IMG/VR virus record: IMGVR_UViG_3300044701_002545
Coordinates: 1 to 60,200 of that record
Strand: one strand, 5' to 3'
From: a virus
Taxonomy: Duplodnaviria > Caudoviricetes
Length of the DNA: 60,200 nt
Of the stretch, positions 21,717-33,896 are shown piece by piece (position 1 is the first letter of the stretch; each line of letters opens with the position of its first letter). Under the pieces are notes generated by a model. That model saw only the letters and a list, made by a program, of their open reading frames with translations. It did no database searches and was not told the origin of the DNA. Position numbers and translations under genes: made by a program.

Positions 21717-24700
21717 ATGACAGAGAAAAGAATTCAATTTAGCAACATTGTACGCAACCAACTCCCTGCGTATGTAACAGAGCAATACCCATTGGTTGCT
21801 GAGTTTATATCCCAATATTATCTTTCTCAAGAATTTCAAGGTGCTCCCACAGATTTAATACAAAATATTGATAAGTATACAAAGTTAGATAATATTACAA
21901 ATCTAAAGAATACTGCTGTACTTAATTCAGATATATCATCTTTAGATACTACAATTACAGTATCTTTATCCCAAACAACTGATTCTGGTGTTGATTTATC
22001 AGGAACTGTTGGATTTCCCGATTCTTATGGCCTGTTACTAATTGATGATGAAATAATCACATATACAGGCAAAACTGAAACATCTTTTACTGGATGTATT
22101 CGTGGTTTTAGTGGCGTATCTTCTCTAAAGAAGAAAAACTCACCAGATGAACTTGTCTTTTCAAGTACAAGTGCAGCGGCTCATATATCTGGCGCTACAA
22201 TTACCAATTTAAGTAATTTATTCTTAAATGAATTTTTATTAAAAACAAAGTATCAATTAACTCCTGGACTGGATAGCAGATCTTTTGATGAAGGTCTTAA
22301 TCAGAATTTATTCATAAAGCAAGTAAAAGATTTTTACCTGAGCAAAGGTACACCAGAATCTTTTAAAATTTTGTTTAAGGCACTTTACAATGAGGAAGTT
22401 GATGTAATAAAACCGAAAGAATATATTTTCAAACCATCAGATGCCCAATATAGAGTAACTAATAGTTTTGTAGTAGAGGCTATTTCTGGAGATCCTGAAG
22501 AATTAGTTAATGCGACTTTGTTCCAAGACGAGTATGGAACTATAAACAAAGCCTATGCTCCGGTTGCTCAGGTTGAAAAAATTACTTCCAAAGACGGAAA
22601 AACATATTATAAAATTGGAATAGATGCAGGTTACTCTAGAGACATTAGAGTGGATGGATCTGTTTATGGAGATTTCTCAATACATCCAAAATCCAAATTA
22701 ATTAAAAATGTCTCTGCTAATTCAACATATCTCGATGTTGACTCTACAGTCGGATTTCCTGAAAGTGGAGAATTGTATGTAACTTATAATGATAATACCA
22801 CCGGCACTGTAACTTATACTTCAAAATCGTATAACCAATTTTTTGGTTGCTCAAATATTAGCAAAACTATACTTGATGGAAGTTCAATTGCAATTAATAC
22901 ATTTGCATATGGATACTCTCCAACTAACGAATTAATAAAAATTAGAGTTAATTCTGTAATAGAAGATATTGAAATAGTAGACGATACTTTTTACTTGAAC
23001 GCTGAGGAAAACATTCAAGTAAAAACTTTAGGAGTTAATCCAAAAGACAACATTTCGAATAATTGGTTCTTTAATGTACCAGCTTCTTTTTCTGTAAAGA
23101 ACTTTTCTTTAGTTGATAACTCTGAGTTAAAGACTTATCTATTGGAGACTAATGAAGATAATTATTTAAAAATAGGGGATTTTATAACTCTTATTAATGT
23201 AGATGGATTGGAAAAAAATGGACAAGTTGCATCTATTCAGTCACTAAGATCATTTAATTTTACTTCATCAGAAATAATTGTTTCGCCATCAAAGGTAAAA
23301 AGATCACTATCAAAATCTAATACTCAATATTTTCCAGATTCCTCTAATATTAATACAAATGTTCAAAATGTTTATAAGATAAAAGATAGAACATTAGTTG
23401 CATCTTCATCAATACCAACGTATTTAAATCAAAAATTAGATGTTTTTAATCGTGCTGTAACCATATCTGGAACATTTGCAGAAGGAACCAGTACTTTTAC
23501 CATAACATCACAGTCTGATCATGGTTTTTACACAGGTGATGCAATTTATTATACTCCACAGAAAATAACCGTATCTACATTTAATGACGATATTACAATA
23601 GAGTCCACTGAAATTTTAAGTTCTTTGTTTGATGAAGGAATTTATTTTATAAAAAGAGTTGATAAAAACAACGTAAAGTTCGCAAGAAGCCTTTCTGATA
23701 TTAACACAGGAAATTTTATAACGTTAAGTTTAGAAAAAACTGTATCTGATAATACTATTATACCATATAGATTTAATGGAAAAACCCTATCACATCAAAA
23801 GTTATTAAGAGAAATAAGTTCTCCAACAAATGACGGCAAGGTTTATGAAACTAAACCAGGTAATACAGGTATTTTGATTAATGGAGTTGAAATTTTAAAC
23901 TATAAATCAAAAGATGTTGTATATTATGGAAACATTGAGGATGTAGAAGTTACATCTCCTGGTTTTGGATATGATGTTATTAATCCACCAGCAATTTCAA
24001 TATCAGATGAAGTTGGAACTGGAGCAACAGGTTATGTTTCAGTAAGAGGATTTTTAGATTCTATCAGAATTGTTGATCCTGGATTTGATTACGTTTCTAC
24101 TCCGACTGTTACTATAACGGGAGGAAATGGATCTGGGGCTAGCGCAAGTGTTAATTTAAAGTCTGTAATACACTCAGCAACTTTTAATTCACAGCAAGCA
24201 TCGAATCAAATTTCTTTAGGATCTACTCAATCTATAATTGGATTTTCCACATTCCACAAATTTAGAGATTCTGAAAGAGTAATCTATAAGACAGATGGAC
24301 AAAATGCGATAGGCGGAATATCAACGGAAGCTTCATACTACATTTCCATACAATCACCAACATCAGTTAAGTTACATAAAACTTTTGAGGATTCTGCTGC
24401 CGGAATTAACACGGTAGTGTTGACTTCATATGGAACTGGAAATCATAGATTGCAATCATATAATTTAAAATCTGTTATTGATTCTATAAATGTTGTTAAC
24501 TCTGGATCTGGATATGAAAATAAAAAGAGAACCGTTTCATCATCTGGCATAAACACAACAGCAAATACAATAACAATACCAGATCATCAATATAATTCTG
24601 GCGAACTAGTCAAATACACAAGTACTGGATCTCCTATTGGTGGATTAACAAGTGGATCACAATATTATATTACAAAATTAAATTCAAATATTTTCAGATT

Positions 24701-27700
24701 ATCTGAAGTAAACTCAAATGGAAATGATAAAGATCTTTATTATAAAAACAATCAATATGTCAATTTAACCAGTTTTGGTTCTGGTACGCATAGTTTTAAT
24801 TATCCAGATATAAGTGTTGTTGTTGAAGGAAAAATAGGAGTTTCTTCGGTTAGTGGAGAAACTTTCCAAGCCGTAGTGCAACCATTCTTCAGTGGAGAAA
24901 TAACTTCGCTTCATTTGTCCAATGGTGGACAAAACTATGGATCTAACAGCATTCTTAATTATAATAGACAACCATTAGTAACTTTAATTAATGGAAGAAA
25001 CGCACAATTAAATCCCGTAATTTCTAACGGAAGAATAGTTGAAGTCCTAGTTAATAATGCAGGTTCTGGTTATGTTAGCACTCCTCGTTTGTTAATTTTA
25101 GGTGGAGGATCTGGTGCAGTAATAACACCTGTTCTTGAAAATGGACAAATAACTGAGGTTAAAGTCATAAATGGTGGATCAGGATATCAAAATGGAGTAA
25201 CTAGTATTCAAGTTATCCCTGCTGGACAAGGTGCTGAATTTAACACAAAAATCAAGACTTGGACTGTTAATCTTTTCCAAAAGTATCTCTCAAGTATTTC
25301 TGGTGATGATGGATTTGTATCAGATTCTCCATTAGAAAAATATGGATTACAATACACTCACTTATATGCTCCTAGAAAATTAAGAGAGTCTGTATATTCT
25401 GTTAATTCTGACGGAAATACGTTATATGGAAAGTTAGACCTAATAAAGAGAAACAATACCGAAACTTCTTCTACAAGTCACTCACCAATAATTGGATGGG
25501 CATATGATGGAAATCCTATCTATGGCCCTTATGGATATGAAACAAAGAATGGAGGGAAGATAACCCAGATGAAATCTGGGTATAAATTACAACCATCTCC
25601 AATTAGGCCATCTACTCTAGAGTTTCCAGTTGGATTTTTTGTTGAGGACTATGTTTATGATGAAGTGAATGGAGAAGACATTTTAGATGAAAATAATGGA
25701 AGATTTTGCATAACACCAGATTATCCTAATGGTACTTATGCGTATTTTTCTACAATCAATGATTCTTCTGCAGATTCATTTGGTCCTTTTTCTGGATATA
25801 GAAGACCAGCTTTCCCATATTTGATTGGAAATAGTTATAAATCAAAACCAATAGATTTTAACTTTGAAAATACATCGAATCAAGATAATATAAACTTAAA
25901 TGAAACGAATTGGGTTAGAAACACTACACCATATAATTTGCTTTCATACGAATATGCTACAATACCAAATTCTTTAGATCAAAAGTTTAAGATAAGATAT
26001 AGTTCCCCAGGTTCTATAGAATCTGTTGGTATCAATAGTGGTGGTGTTGATTATAAAGTAAATGATAGGGTTATCTTTGATAATGGTGAAACTGGTGGAT
26101 CTGGTGTAGACGTAAGAGTTTCTAGAATAAAAGGAAAACAAGTAAGTTCTGTAAGTGTTGCATCTAGTAATATTTTTAATGTAGAATTTTATCCATTTGA
26201 TCAGAAAGGTACTTTCATAGCTTTCTCACCAAATCCACACAATTTTTCAAATCAACAAACTATTTCTGTCACAGGTATTAATACATCATCTTCTTCGTTA
26301 GAGGGTTCATACCGAGTTGGAATTAGTTCAATAGTTCTGGCTCCTGTTGGTTTGGGAACAAGTACAATAGCAATTCAAAGTTCATCTACTACAGGTATTG
26401 TAACTTACATTAGTGTTATAGGAAATATTTCCGAAATTAGAGAAAATGATATACTTGGAATTGGTACTGAAAGAGTAAAAGTATTAAATGTAGATTATAT
26501 TTCTTCTCGACTGAGAATTCTTAGAGCAGTTGATGGAACAGTAGGATCTTCGCATACAATTTCAGAGCTTTTATATGAAGATCCCAGAAAACTTACATTT
26601 GAAGTAGGATTAACTACAAATTCCAATTATAGATTTAACAAAGAAATTTATTTTAATCCAGTAGACTCTATTGGTCTGGGAACTTTGTCTGGAGTTGGTA
26701 TTGGAACAACTATAATATTCTCAAATCCAGGTTCTGGAATTTCTTCGGTCTTTATTCCAACCAGAACAATTTATCTACCATCCCATAACTTGAAGACTGG
26801 GGACGAACTTATTTACAATGTAAATGTTGGATCGGGAATATCAGTTTCTACGAATGGTTCTACCATCTTTAGGTTGAATGATCAGTCTCTGGTTTATGTA
26901 GCAAAGATTTCTGATGATCTAATCGGAATATCTACTGTTAAAGTTGGATTAGGTACAACAGGATCTTTTGTAGGTATTGCAAGTACACAGTCCAATCAGT
27001 CAACCTTATACTTCACTGGAATTGGCACTGGTGTGTACCATAGTTTCAAAACAAACTATCCAACAATCAAAGGTCAGCTCTTAAGAAACTTAGTAACAGT
27101 TTCAACAGCACAAACACACGGTCTTTTAAATGAAGATGTTGTTAATGTTTCTGTCAAATCTGGTATTATAACTTCAGTTGTTGTAAAATATAATGATAAT
27201 AACAGAAAACTGGTCGTAAATCCAAAAGATTTTGTATCTGGGGGAGTAAGTACAACAACCAATTCAATCAACATCCCAAATCATAATTTTTATGCCGGCC
27301 AAAAAGTTTTACACACATCAGCATCACCTTCAGGTGGTTTAAATAATAATCAAGAGTATTATATTGTTATAGTTGATCAAAATAATATAAAATTATCTGA
27401 TACATATCTAAATTCAATTTCCCCATCTCCAGTTATTGTTGATATTTCAAGTTCATCTTCTGGAACAATATCTCCAGTAAATCCTGAAATTGTAATAACT
27501 AAAAATTCAACTGTTCAGTTTGATCTTTCTGATATTTCCCTTTCTTACTCTTATCTTGGAACAAGATATCCAGCTTTTAATTTAAAATTCTACAAAGATT
27601 CTAACTTCGTAGAAGAATTTAATACTACAGGAAAAGATATCCTCTTTGATGTAAGAAAGTCTGGTATAGTTGGCACTAATGGATTAGTAACACTATATTC

Positions 27701-30700
27701 GAATGAACTGTTCCCTGAGAAGTTATTCTATAAATTAGTTCCTCTCGAAACTAACGGAATTCCTAAAGAAAAATATGAAGTAGACATTGATGATACTGTA
27801 TTTGCAAATAATCAAATTACATTTTCTGATAGCCTTTATAATGGTGAATATCAAGTTTCTGTTGCATCATCAACTTCTTTCAATTATACGGTATCCAGAC
27901 TACCAGAGTCTTCTTCATATGCTCCAACTAACTCTGCTATAGAATATGACACCACATCACTAAATGCACTTGGTTCAATTTTCGAACTAAACATTGCTAA
28001 CAGCGGAGCAAATTATTATTCCTTACCAGGAATTTCCACAATTTCATCTGTTAATGGATCTAGTGCAATCTTAGAACCAAACAGCAGATCTATTGGAGTT
28101 GTTCAAAAAACTAGAAAGATTGACATCGGATTTGATTTTCCATCAGATTTTAGTTTGAGACCAAGTGCATCTTTGCCTCAACTTGCAAAGATGGAACCTC
28201 TATCTACAATAGATTATATTGGTATTACCTCTTCAGGAAGAGGATATTCTAAAGCTCCAAAATTAATTTTACTTGACGGCAAAACTAATCAACTGGTTAA
28301 AGATGTTGATTTGAAATATACTCTTGGAGACTCTAAAGTAACTATACTGAATAATACGTTCTCTCTGAATAATGTAAAACCAACAATAATTCCAACACAA
28401 AATACAAATGGAATTGGAATTGGATCGATATCTTACAACTCAACAAATAAAAAAGTTACGGTAGTTCTTTCTGTTGGATTTAGTACTGAAAACACGTTCC
28501 CATTTGCAGTAAATGATAAAGTTTTAATAGAAAATATTAGTGTTGGTGTAGGATCTACAGGAAAAGGATATAATTCAGAAAAATATAACTACACTCTTTT
28601 CACTTTAACTGATGTTGATCAGAATCTTGGTGGAATTGGAACTGTGGCTTACAGTTTGGATGGATTACTTTCTTCAAATGAAATTCCAGGAATTTTTGAT
28701 CCTTTCAATTCTTCTGGAAGGATCATACCACAAAAAGATTTTCCACTTTTCAACCCAGTATTGAAGAAAGGAGAATTTTTAAAAGGAGAAACAATTGTAT
28801 CAGATTCTGCAGTTGGTTTTGTTGAGAAATGGGATCCAAAATCAAGTATTCTATCGATAGGATCAAAATCAGATTTTGTAACAGGTGAAGTTGTTAAAGG
28901 AGCCTCATCCAATGCAAGTGGTTTAATTTCTAATATTACAATATTTGATGCTTTCTTTAAATTAAATGCACTATCAAAAGTAGAGAATGGTTGGAATTCT
29001 AATGTAGGATTTTTGAATGATAACTTACAAAGAATTCAAGATAGTTTTTATTATCAAAACTTCTCATACTCTCTAAAATCTGCAGTTCCTTATGATGATT
29101 GGGAAGATGTTGTAGGATCACTAAACCATACCGCCGGATTTAAAAAGTTTAGTGACCTTGAGATGAAATCTTCTCTCAAGTATAATTCTAACAGAGAAGA
29201 ATTGAATTCTTTGGACGATTCTTTGGTTGTCAGAAGTCCAATAGATTCATCTTTCACTGTTTTGGTAGATTTTGTCAGTGTTGTTGATTTAAATTGTGTT
29301 AAAGATTTTGACTTAGTTAGAGAAAATGCTCTAGTGAGTGACAGATTATTCTCCGATGAAATTACATTCTCAAGTAGAGTGTTAACGGATTATTTTGAAT
29401 CTGTTGGAAATCGTGTTTTACTCATAGATGATGTAAGTTATCTATTCAACAGTAATCCTAGAGATGAAAGATACTCTAATATTTCAAGAATCAATTCAAA
29501 TAATTTTAAAACTAAAAAGTGCTTTATCTATACAAGAGATTCTAGGTATTATAATGAGAGGCAAATAACAGCACTGAGTTTGGCTCAGAATGATGGTTTA
29601 GGATATTTAAATCAGTATGCTAGAGTCGAAACCCAATATGATATGGGTTCATATGATTTTGCGATAGAGGGTTCTGATGCTGTTCTACGTTTTTATCCAA
29701 CCAAATTTGAAAGAAACAATTTTAATACAACTGTACTATCGTATGATGTAAACGATGGCATTTCTGGAATTGGTAGTACAAATCTTAATATTGTAAATAT
29801 TGTCACAAATAATGCAACAGTATCCTCTGGAACAACTACGACAATAGTATCGTTTGATAAGGCTTCTTATAGATCATCAAAACTTCTTATACAATTTTAT
29901 AATCAAACTCAGACTGATTATCAGTTTGATGAAATTACTTTATTACATGATGATACTGATGTAAGTATACTAGAATATGGAAGATTAAACACAAATCTTA
30001 GAGAAGAGAGTTTATCTGGTTTTGGAACTTATAATGCTTACATTTCTGGATCCAATGTAATCTTAGATTTCATACCAAATGCAGGTATTGCTGGAACTGT
30101 AAACTTAATCAACACATTAATAACAGATTCGACAGGATCTACTACCAATTCCGAAATAACTCTAAATCATGCTGTTTTAGAAGGAAATAGAGTTGCAATT
30201 TCTTCAACAGTTTCACCAATATCAACTGTTGTTGTTGATTATGACGACATTTATGATACAGCATATTGTATCGTACAAGTAACAGATACTACAAATAACA
30301 GACATCAAATATCTGAAATTGTAATTATTGATGATGATAGTGAAGTATATTTCACTGAATTTGGAAATATTGAAACTTCTGTTGGGTTAGGAACATTTGG
30401 AGCAACCAGAAGTGGTGGAGTAACACAACTCACATTTACACCACTTCCAAATATTAATGTTGATGTAAGATCTTTTGTAAATTCCATCTCCATAGCCTCA
30501 ACAACAACAGACACATTAAGTTTGAATAATGCAACAATTGTGTCTGAAAGTGGTACTTATTTTGGAACAGGATTTGACGTTAAGCGTTCTTTCCCACTAC
30601 AACATAATCAAAGAGATATTTTCTCAAGATATTTTGATGGATCTAGTTCCACTGTTGTTGATGTTACCAATGACACGGTGACTGTTCCTGGACACTTCTT

Positions 30701-33700
30701 TGTTAGTGGAGAAGAAGTAGAATATTCTAACGGATCTTCTTCTTCAGCAAACTCTATTAGTATTGGATCTACCTTTATTGTTGGCATAGGAACGACCGAT
30801 AAATTACCATCATCAGTGTTTATTATCAAGGAAAGTGATAATAAAATTAAATTTGCTGCTAGTGCAGAAAATGCATTAAAAGTTGTTCCCGACTATTTGA
30901 ACATTACAAGCGTAGGTGCAGGAAGTTCTCACACAATTGTAGCTAAAAATAAAAATCCAAAAGTTATTGTTACAATTGATAATGTTATACAATCACCTGT
31001 AGTTTCTACAGCAATAACTTCAACATTAGCTTCAAAATCTCTTGTAATTGATGATGTACTGTATTTCAGCGGCATAACTTCATTCTTCAGTGGAGATCTA
31101 ATCAAAATTGAAGATGAGATAATGTTGGTTGACTCTGTTGGATTTGGTAGCACAAATGCAGTAAAAGTAACTAGACCTTGGATGGGAACTGATATTGGTC
31201 CAGTTGTCGGGTATTCTACAAATTCTGTTGTTACGAAAGTTACTGGATCGTACAATATTGTTGGTAATACTATCAATTTTGCAAGTGCTCCATATGGAAA
31301 CGTTCCTAAAGAAACAACTGATCCTGATGAGAGAGATTGGGTTGGAATAAAGAGTTCCTCTTCTTTCCACGGAAGAGTATTCTTGAAAAATGGAGTTGAA
31401 CTTACTACTGAGGAGACTTATTATAAGAATCGCGTATTCTTTGATGTGTCAAGTGAATTTGATGGAAATACAGATAAATTTAGTTTAAAATATGAAAATC
31501 AAAGTAATGTTACTGGCGTATCAACAGATAATGTTATAGTTTTAGTAAATGATATTTTCCAAACTCCAGGATTATCAAATAATTATACTTTAACAGAGTC
31601 TTCTGGAATAACAACAGCAACTTTCATAGGATCTGGAGTTTCTATAACTAGCGATCCAAACACATCAACATTACCTATGGGTGGTGTTATTGTCTCTGTT
31701 GGATCGGAAGAGGGATTTGGTTATCAACCACTGGTTTCTGCTGGTGGAACTGCTATAGTTTCTGGACTTGGGACAATATCTTCTGTAAGTATTGGAAACA
31801 GTGGATCTGGATACAGAGTTGGAGTTCAAACTGTAAGAGTTGGTGTTGCAACTTCAACAACAGGAACTCCGAATGTAGTTTATGTTGGAGTGGCTTCCGT
31901 AAGCAATGGAAACGTAGTTAGCATCGCCATTACCAATCCCGGTGTTGGATATACAAACACAAATCCACCATATGTAATAATCGATTCTCCACTATCATAT
32001 TCAAATATTCCATTAGTTTATAGTTCTCCTTCTTCTGGAATTGGAACTGGAGCAGTTGTTGATATTGTTGTTGGACAAGGTTCTAGTGTAATAGATTTTG
32101 AACTCAAAAATACTGGTTATGGATATGGTCAGGGAGATGTATTGACGATACCTATTGGAGGTTCTGCAGGAATATTAACAACATCTAGCCCAAGTTTCAG
32201 TGAATTTAAAATAACAGTAGATAGAACTTTTACTGATAAGTTTTCTGGATGGTATATTGGTCAACTACAAACACTTGATACTATTGAAGATCAATTCAAT
32301 GGTCAAAAAACAAGTTTCCAACTCAAGGTTGGTGGAGTAATAACTTCCATTCTATCTAAGAGGGGAACTTCAATTGACGTTGAGCAATGTTTATTAGTTT
32401 TCCTAAATGATGTTCTTCAAGTTCCAGGTGATTCTTACATATTTGCTGGAGGAAGCACAATCACGTTTACTGAAGCTCCAAGAGAAGGAGACAGTTGTAC
32501 AATTGTATTCTATAAAGGAAACGGAGACACTGATGTCATCTTCAGAAACGTAATAGAAACAGTTAAAGAAGGTGATGAATTAACTATTGATTATGATCCA
32601 TCAATTGGACAGTCTCCAACTTTACAAGAAGAAGAAAGAACAGTAACGTCAGTTCTTGCAACTGATGTTGTTGAAACAGTTCCTTATTTTGGCCCAGGAA
32701 ATACTGCCGATGAGGAGTTGGTAAGACCAGTAACTTGGTGCAGACAAACTGAAGATAAGATTATTAATGGAAAGGAAGTAGGAAAGAGTAGAGAACTTTA
32801 TGAGGCGGTAATTTACCCATCAGCATATGTAATTCAGACTGTTTCTACAGGTACTACGACAATTTATGTTGACAATATTCGCCCATTCTTCAATCCTTCA
32901 AATGAAAATAACATATCATTGACCTTCCAAGATAGAATTATTATTTCATCTCAAGATACAAAAGTATCTGCTTCAGCAACAGCAATAGTTTCTGGGCTTG
33001 GAACAATATCGTCAATTTCTATCAATAGTGGCGGATCTGGATACTTAACTACACCATCAGTTTCTATCCAATCTCCAATTGGACTAGGAACTACTGCATC
33101 CGCAACAGCCTCTGCTACGTTGATTAGTGATTCCGTCTCTACTATTACTGTTACAAATCCCGGAACAGGATACACAAACACAAATCCACCTGCAGTTCTT
33201 GTAGAATCTCCTTCACCTCAAAGAGAATCAAACAGAGTTTCTTCATATTCTGGCGATTCTGGTGTTATAGTTGGATTTGGTACAACTTCGGTTAATCCAG
33301 ACGTTTTCCAATTTGTCTTTGATCTTTACATTCCTGAAAATTCATATTTAAGACAGTCATCTATTGCAGGATCATCAACAACAATAAGTTCATTGAACAC
33401 TGGTGATTATTTTGTTGTTTATGGTTCAAATGTTGGATTCTCTACTCAATTCTTATCACCAAGATCCGCAAGAATTGATGGTTCTACAATAGGACTCTCA
33501 ACACAGTTTATTGATAATGTTTATCAAGTTGAAACTGCGGAAAATGTACGAGTAAATGTGGCAGGAATAGGAACAACATATGCTCGAAGAATATTTACAA
33601 GAATTTCTGGAATTAGTACAGTTGACTTTAGTTACAGTACAATAACATTTGATTCTACTGTTTATTCTTTTGATTCTATTGGCGTTTCTACAGCAGGAAT

Positions 33701-33896
33701 TTCAACTTTCTCATCTGGGACGATTGGAACTTCATTCTACTTTGGCCAATTTAGTTGGGGTAAAGTAGTAATACCTCAGAGATCTGGAACTTCTACATAC
33801 AATTTCTATGGAAACAATGGTGTTGGTGGAATATCCACATCAGCTATAGTAAGAAGAAGCGAAAATCTTCGTTATGAAAATTACATTATCACTTAA
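21717..33896 (+). CDS. gp7: Giant baseplate wedge initiator gp7-like structural protein (4059 aa)
   Basis: Lies between gp6 and gp8; FYLSKGT..SFKILFK; QDSFYYQNFSYSLKS...HTAGFK; YHYH-like HSPIIGWAYDGNPIYGPYG; many beta-repeats. Confidence 0.8.
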   Translation: MTEKRIQFSNIVRNQLPAYVTEQYPLVAEFISQYYLSQEFQGAPTDLIQNIDKYTKLDNITNLKNTAVLNSDISSLDTTITVSLSQTTDSGVDLSGTVGFPDSYGLLLIDDEIITYTGKTETSFTGCIRGFSGVSSLKKKNSPDELVFSSTSAAAHISGATITNLSNLFLNEFLLKTKYQLTPGLDSRSFDEGLNQNLFIKQVKDFYLSKGTPESFKILFKALYNEEVDVIKPKEYIFKPSDAQYRVTNSFVVEAISGDPEELVNATLFQDEYGTINKAYAPVAQVEKITSKDGKTYYKIGIDAGYSRDIRVDGSVYGDFSIHPKSKLIKNVSANSTYLDVDSTVGFPESGELYVTYNDNTTGTVTYTSKSYNQFFGCSNISKTILDGSSIAINTFAYGYSPTNELIKIRVNSVIEDIEIVDDTFYLNAEENIQVKTLGVNPKDNISNNWFFNVPASFSVKNFSLVDNSELKTYLLETNEDNYLKIGDFITLINVDGLEKNGQVASIQSLRSFNFTSSEIIVSPSKVKRSLSKSNTQYFPDSSNINTNVQNVYKIKDRTLVASSSIPTYLNQKLDVFNRAVTISGTFAEGTSTFTITSQSDHGFYTGDAIYYTPQKITVSTFNDDITIESTEILSSLFDEGIYFIKRVDKNNVKFARSLSDINTGNFITLSLEKTVSDNTIIPYRFNGKTLSHQKLLREISSPTNDGKVYETKPGNTGILINGVEILNYKSKDVVYYGNIEDVEVTSPGFGYDVINPPAISISDEVGTGATGYVSVRGFLDSIRIVDPGFDYVSTPTVTITGGNGSGASASVNLKSVIHSATFNSQQASNQISLGSTQSIIGFSTFHKFRDSERVIYKTDGQNAIGGISTEASYYISIQSPTSVKLHKTFEDSAAGINTVVLTSYGTGNHRLQSYNLKSVIDSINVVNSGSGYENKKRTVSSSGINTTANTITIPDHQYNSGELVKYTSTGSPIGGLTSGSQYYITKLNSNIFRLSEVNSNGNDKDLYYKNNQYVNLTSFGSGTHSFNYPDISVVVEGKIGVSSVSGETFQAVVQPFFSGEITSLHLSNGGQNYGSNSILNYNRQPLVTLINGRNAQLNPVISNGRIVEVLVNNAGSGYVSTPRLLILGGGSGAVITPVLENGQITEVKVINGGSGYQNGVTSIQVIPAGQGAEFNTKIKTWTVNLFQKYLSSISGDDGFVSDSPLEKYGLQYTHLYAPRKLRESVYSVNSDGNTLYGKLDLIKRNNTETSSTSHSPIIGWAYDGNPIYGPYGYETKNGGKITQMKSGYKLQPSPIRPSTLEFPVGFFVEDYVYDEVNGEDILDENNGRFCITPDYPNGTYAYFSTINDSSADSFGPFSGYRRPAFPYLIGNSYKSKPIDFNFENTSNQDNINLNETNWVRNTTPYNLLSYEYATIPNSLDQKFKIRYSSPGSIESVGINSGGVDYKVNDRVIFDNGETGGSGVDVRVSRIKGKQVSSVSVASSNIFNVEFYPFDQKGTFIAFSPNPHNFSNQQTISVTGINTSSSSLEGSYRVGISSIVLAPVGLGTSTIAIQSSSTTGIVTYISVIGNISEIRENDILGIGTERVKVLNVDYISSRLRILRAVDGTVGSSHTISELLYEDPRKLTFEVGLTTNSNYRFNKEIYFNPVDSIGLGTLSGVGIGTTIIFSNPGSGISSVFIPTRTIYLPSHNLKTGDELIYNVNVGSGISVSTNGSTIFRLNDQSLVYVAKISDDLIGISTVKVGLGTTGSFVGIASTQSNQSTLYFTGIGTGVYHSFKTNYPTIKGQLLRNLVTVSTAQTHGLLNEDVVNVSVKSGIITSVVVKYNDNNRKLVVNPKDFVSGGVSTTTNSINIPNHNFYAGQKVLHTSASPSGGLNNNQEYYIVIVDQNNIKLSDTYLNSISPSPVIVDISSSSSGTISPVNPEIVITKNSTVQFDLSDISLSYSYLGTRYPAFNLKFYKDSNFVEEFNTTGKDILFDVRKSGIVGTNGLVTLYSNELFPEKLFYKLVPLETNGIPKEKYEVDIDDTVFANNQITFSDSLYNGEYQVSVASSTSFNYTVSRLPESSSYAPTNSAIEYDTTSLNALGSIFELNIANSGANYYSLPGISTISSVNGSSAILEPNSRSIGVVQKTRKIDIGFDFPSDFSLRPSASLPQLAKMEPLSTIDYIGITSSGRGYSKAPKLILLDGKTNQLVKDVDLKYTLGDSKVTILNNTFSLNNVKPTIIPTQNTNGIGIGSISYNSTNKKVTVVLSVGFSTENTFPFAVNDKVLIENISVGVGSTGKGYNSEKYNYTLFTLTDVDQNLGGIGTVAYSLDGLLSSNEIPGIFDPFNSSGRIIPQKDFPLFNPVLKKGEFLKGETIVSDSAVGFVEKWDPKSSILSIGSKSDFVTGEVVKGASSNASGLISNITIFDAFFKLNALSKVENGWNSNVGFLNDNLQRIQDSFYYQNFSYSLKSAVPYDDWEDVVGSLNHTAGFKKFSDLEMKSSLKYNSNREELNSLDDSLVVRSPIDSSFTVLVDFVSVVDLNCVKDFDLVRENALVSDRLFSDEITFSSRVLTDYFESVGNRVLLIDDVSYLFNSNPRDERYSNISRINSNNFKTKKCFIYTRDSRYYNERQITALSLAQNDGLGYLNQYARVETQYDMGSYDFAIEGSDAVLRFYPTKFERNNFNTTVLSYDVNDGISGIGSTNLNIVNIVTNNATVSSGTTTTIVSFDKASYRSSKLLIQFYNQTQTDYQFDEITLLHDDTDVSILEYGRLNTNLREESLSGFGTYNAYISGSNVILDFIPNAGIAGTVNLINTLITDSTGSTTNSEITLNHAVLEGNRVAISSTVSPISTVVVDYDDIYDTAYCIVQVTDTTNNRHQISEIVIIDDDSEVYFTEFGNIETSVGLGTFGATRSGGVTQLTFTPLPNINVDVRSFVNSISIASTTTDTLSLNNATIVSESGTYFGTGFDVKRSFPLQHNQRDIFSRYFDGSSSTVVDVTNDTVTVPGHFFVSGEEVEYSNGSSSSANSISIGSTFIVGIGTTDKLPSSVFIIKESDNKIKFAASAENALKVVPDYLNITSVGAGSSHTIVAKNKNPKVIVTIDNVIQSPVVSTAITSTLASKSLVIDDVLYFSGITSFFSGDLIKIEDEIMLVDSVGFGSTNAVKVTRPWMGTDIGPVVGYSTNSVVTKVTGSYNIVGNTINFASAPYGNVPKETTDPDERDWVGIKSSSSFHGRVFLKNGVELTTEETYYKNRVFFDVSSEFDGNTDKFSLKYENQSNVTGVSTDNVIVLVNDIFQTPGLSNNYTLTESSGITTATFIGSGVSITSDPNTSTLPMGGVIVSVGSEEGFGYQPLVSAGGTAIVSGLGTISSVSIGNSGSGYRVGVQTVRVGVATSTTGTPNVVYVGVASVSNGNVVSIAITNPGVGYTNTNPPYVIIDSPLSYSNIPLVYSSPSSGIGTGAVVDIVVGQGSSVIDFELKNTGYGYGQGDVLTIPIGGSAGILTTSSPSFSEFKITVDRTFTDKFSGWYIGQLQTLDTIEDQFNGQKTSFQLKVGGVITSILSKRGTSIDVEQCLLVFLNDVLQVPGDSYIFAGGSTITFTEAPREGDSCTIVFYKGNGDTDVIFRNVIETVKEGDELTIDYDPSIGQSPTLQEEERTVTSVLATDVVETVPYFGPGNTADEELVRPVTWCRQTEDKIINGKEVGKSRELYEAVIYPSAYVIQTVSTGTTTIYVDNIRPFFNPSNENNISLTFQDRIIISSQDTKVSASATAIVSGLGTISSISINSGGSGYLTTPSVSIQSPIGLGTTASATASATLISDSVSTITVTNPGTGYTNTNPPAVLVESPSPQRESNRVSSYSGDSGVIVGFGTTSVNPDVFQFVFDLYIPENSYLRQSSIAGSSTTISSLNTGDYFVVYGSNVGFSTQFLSPRSARIDGSTIGLSTQFIDNVYQVETAENVRVNVAGIGTTYARRIFTRISGISTVDFSYSTITFDSTVYSFDSIGVSTAGISTFSSGTIGTSFYFGQFSWGKVVIPQRSGTSTYNFYGNNGVGGISTSAIVRRSENLRYENYIIT

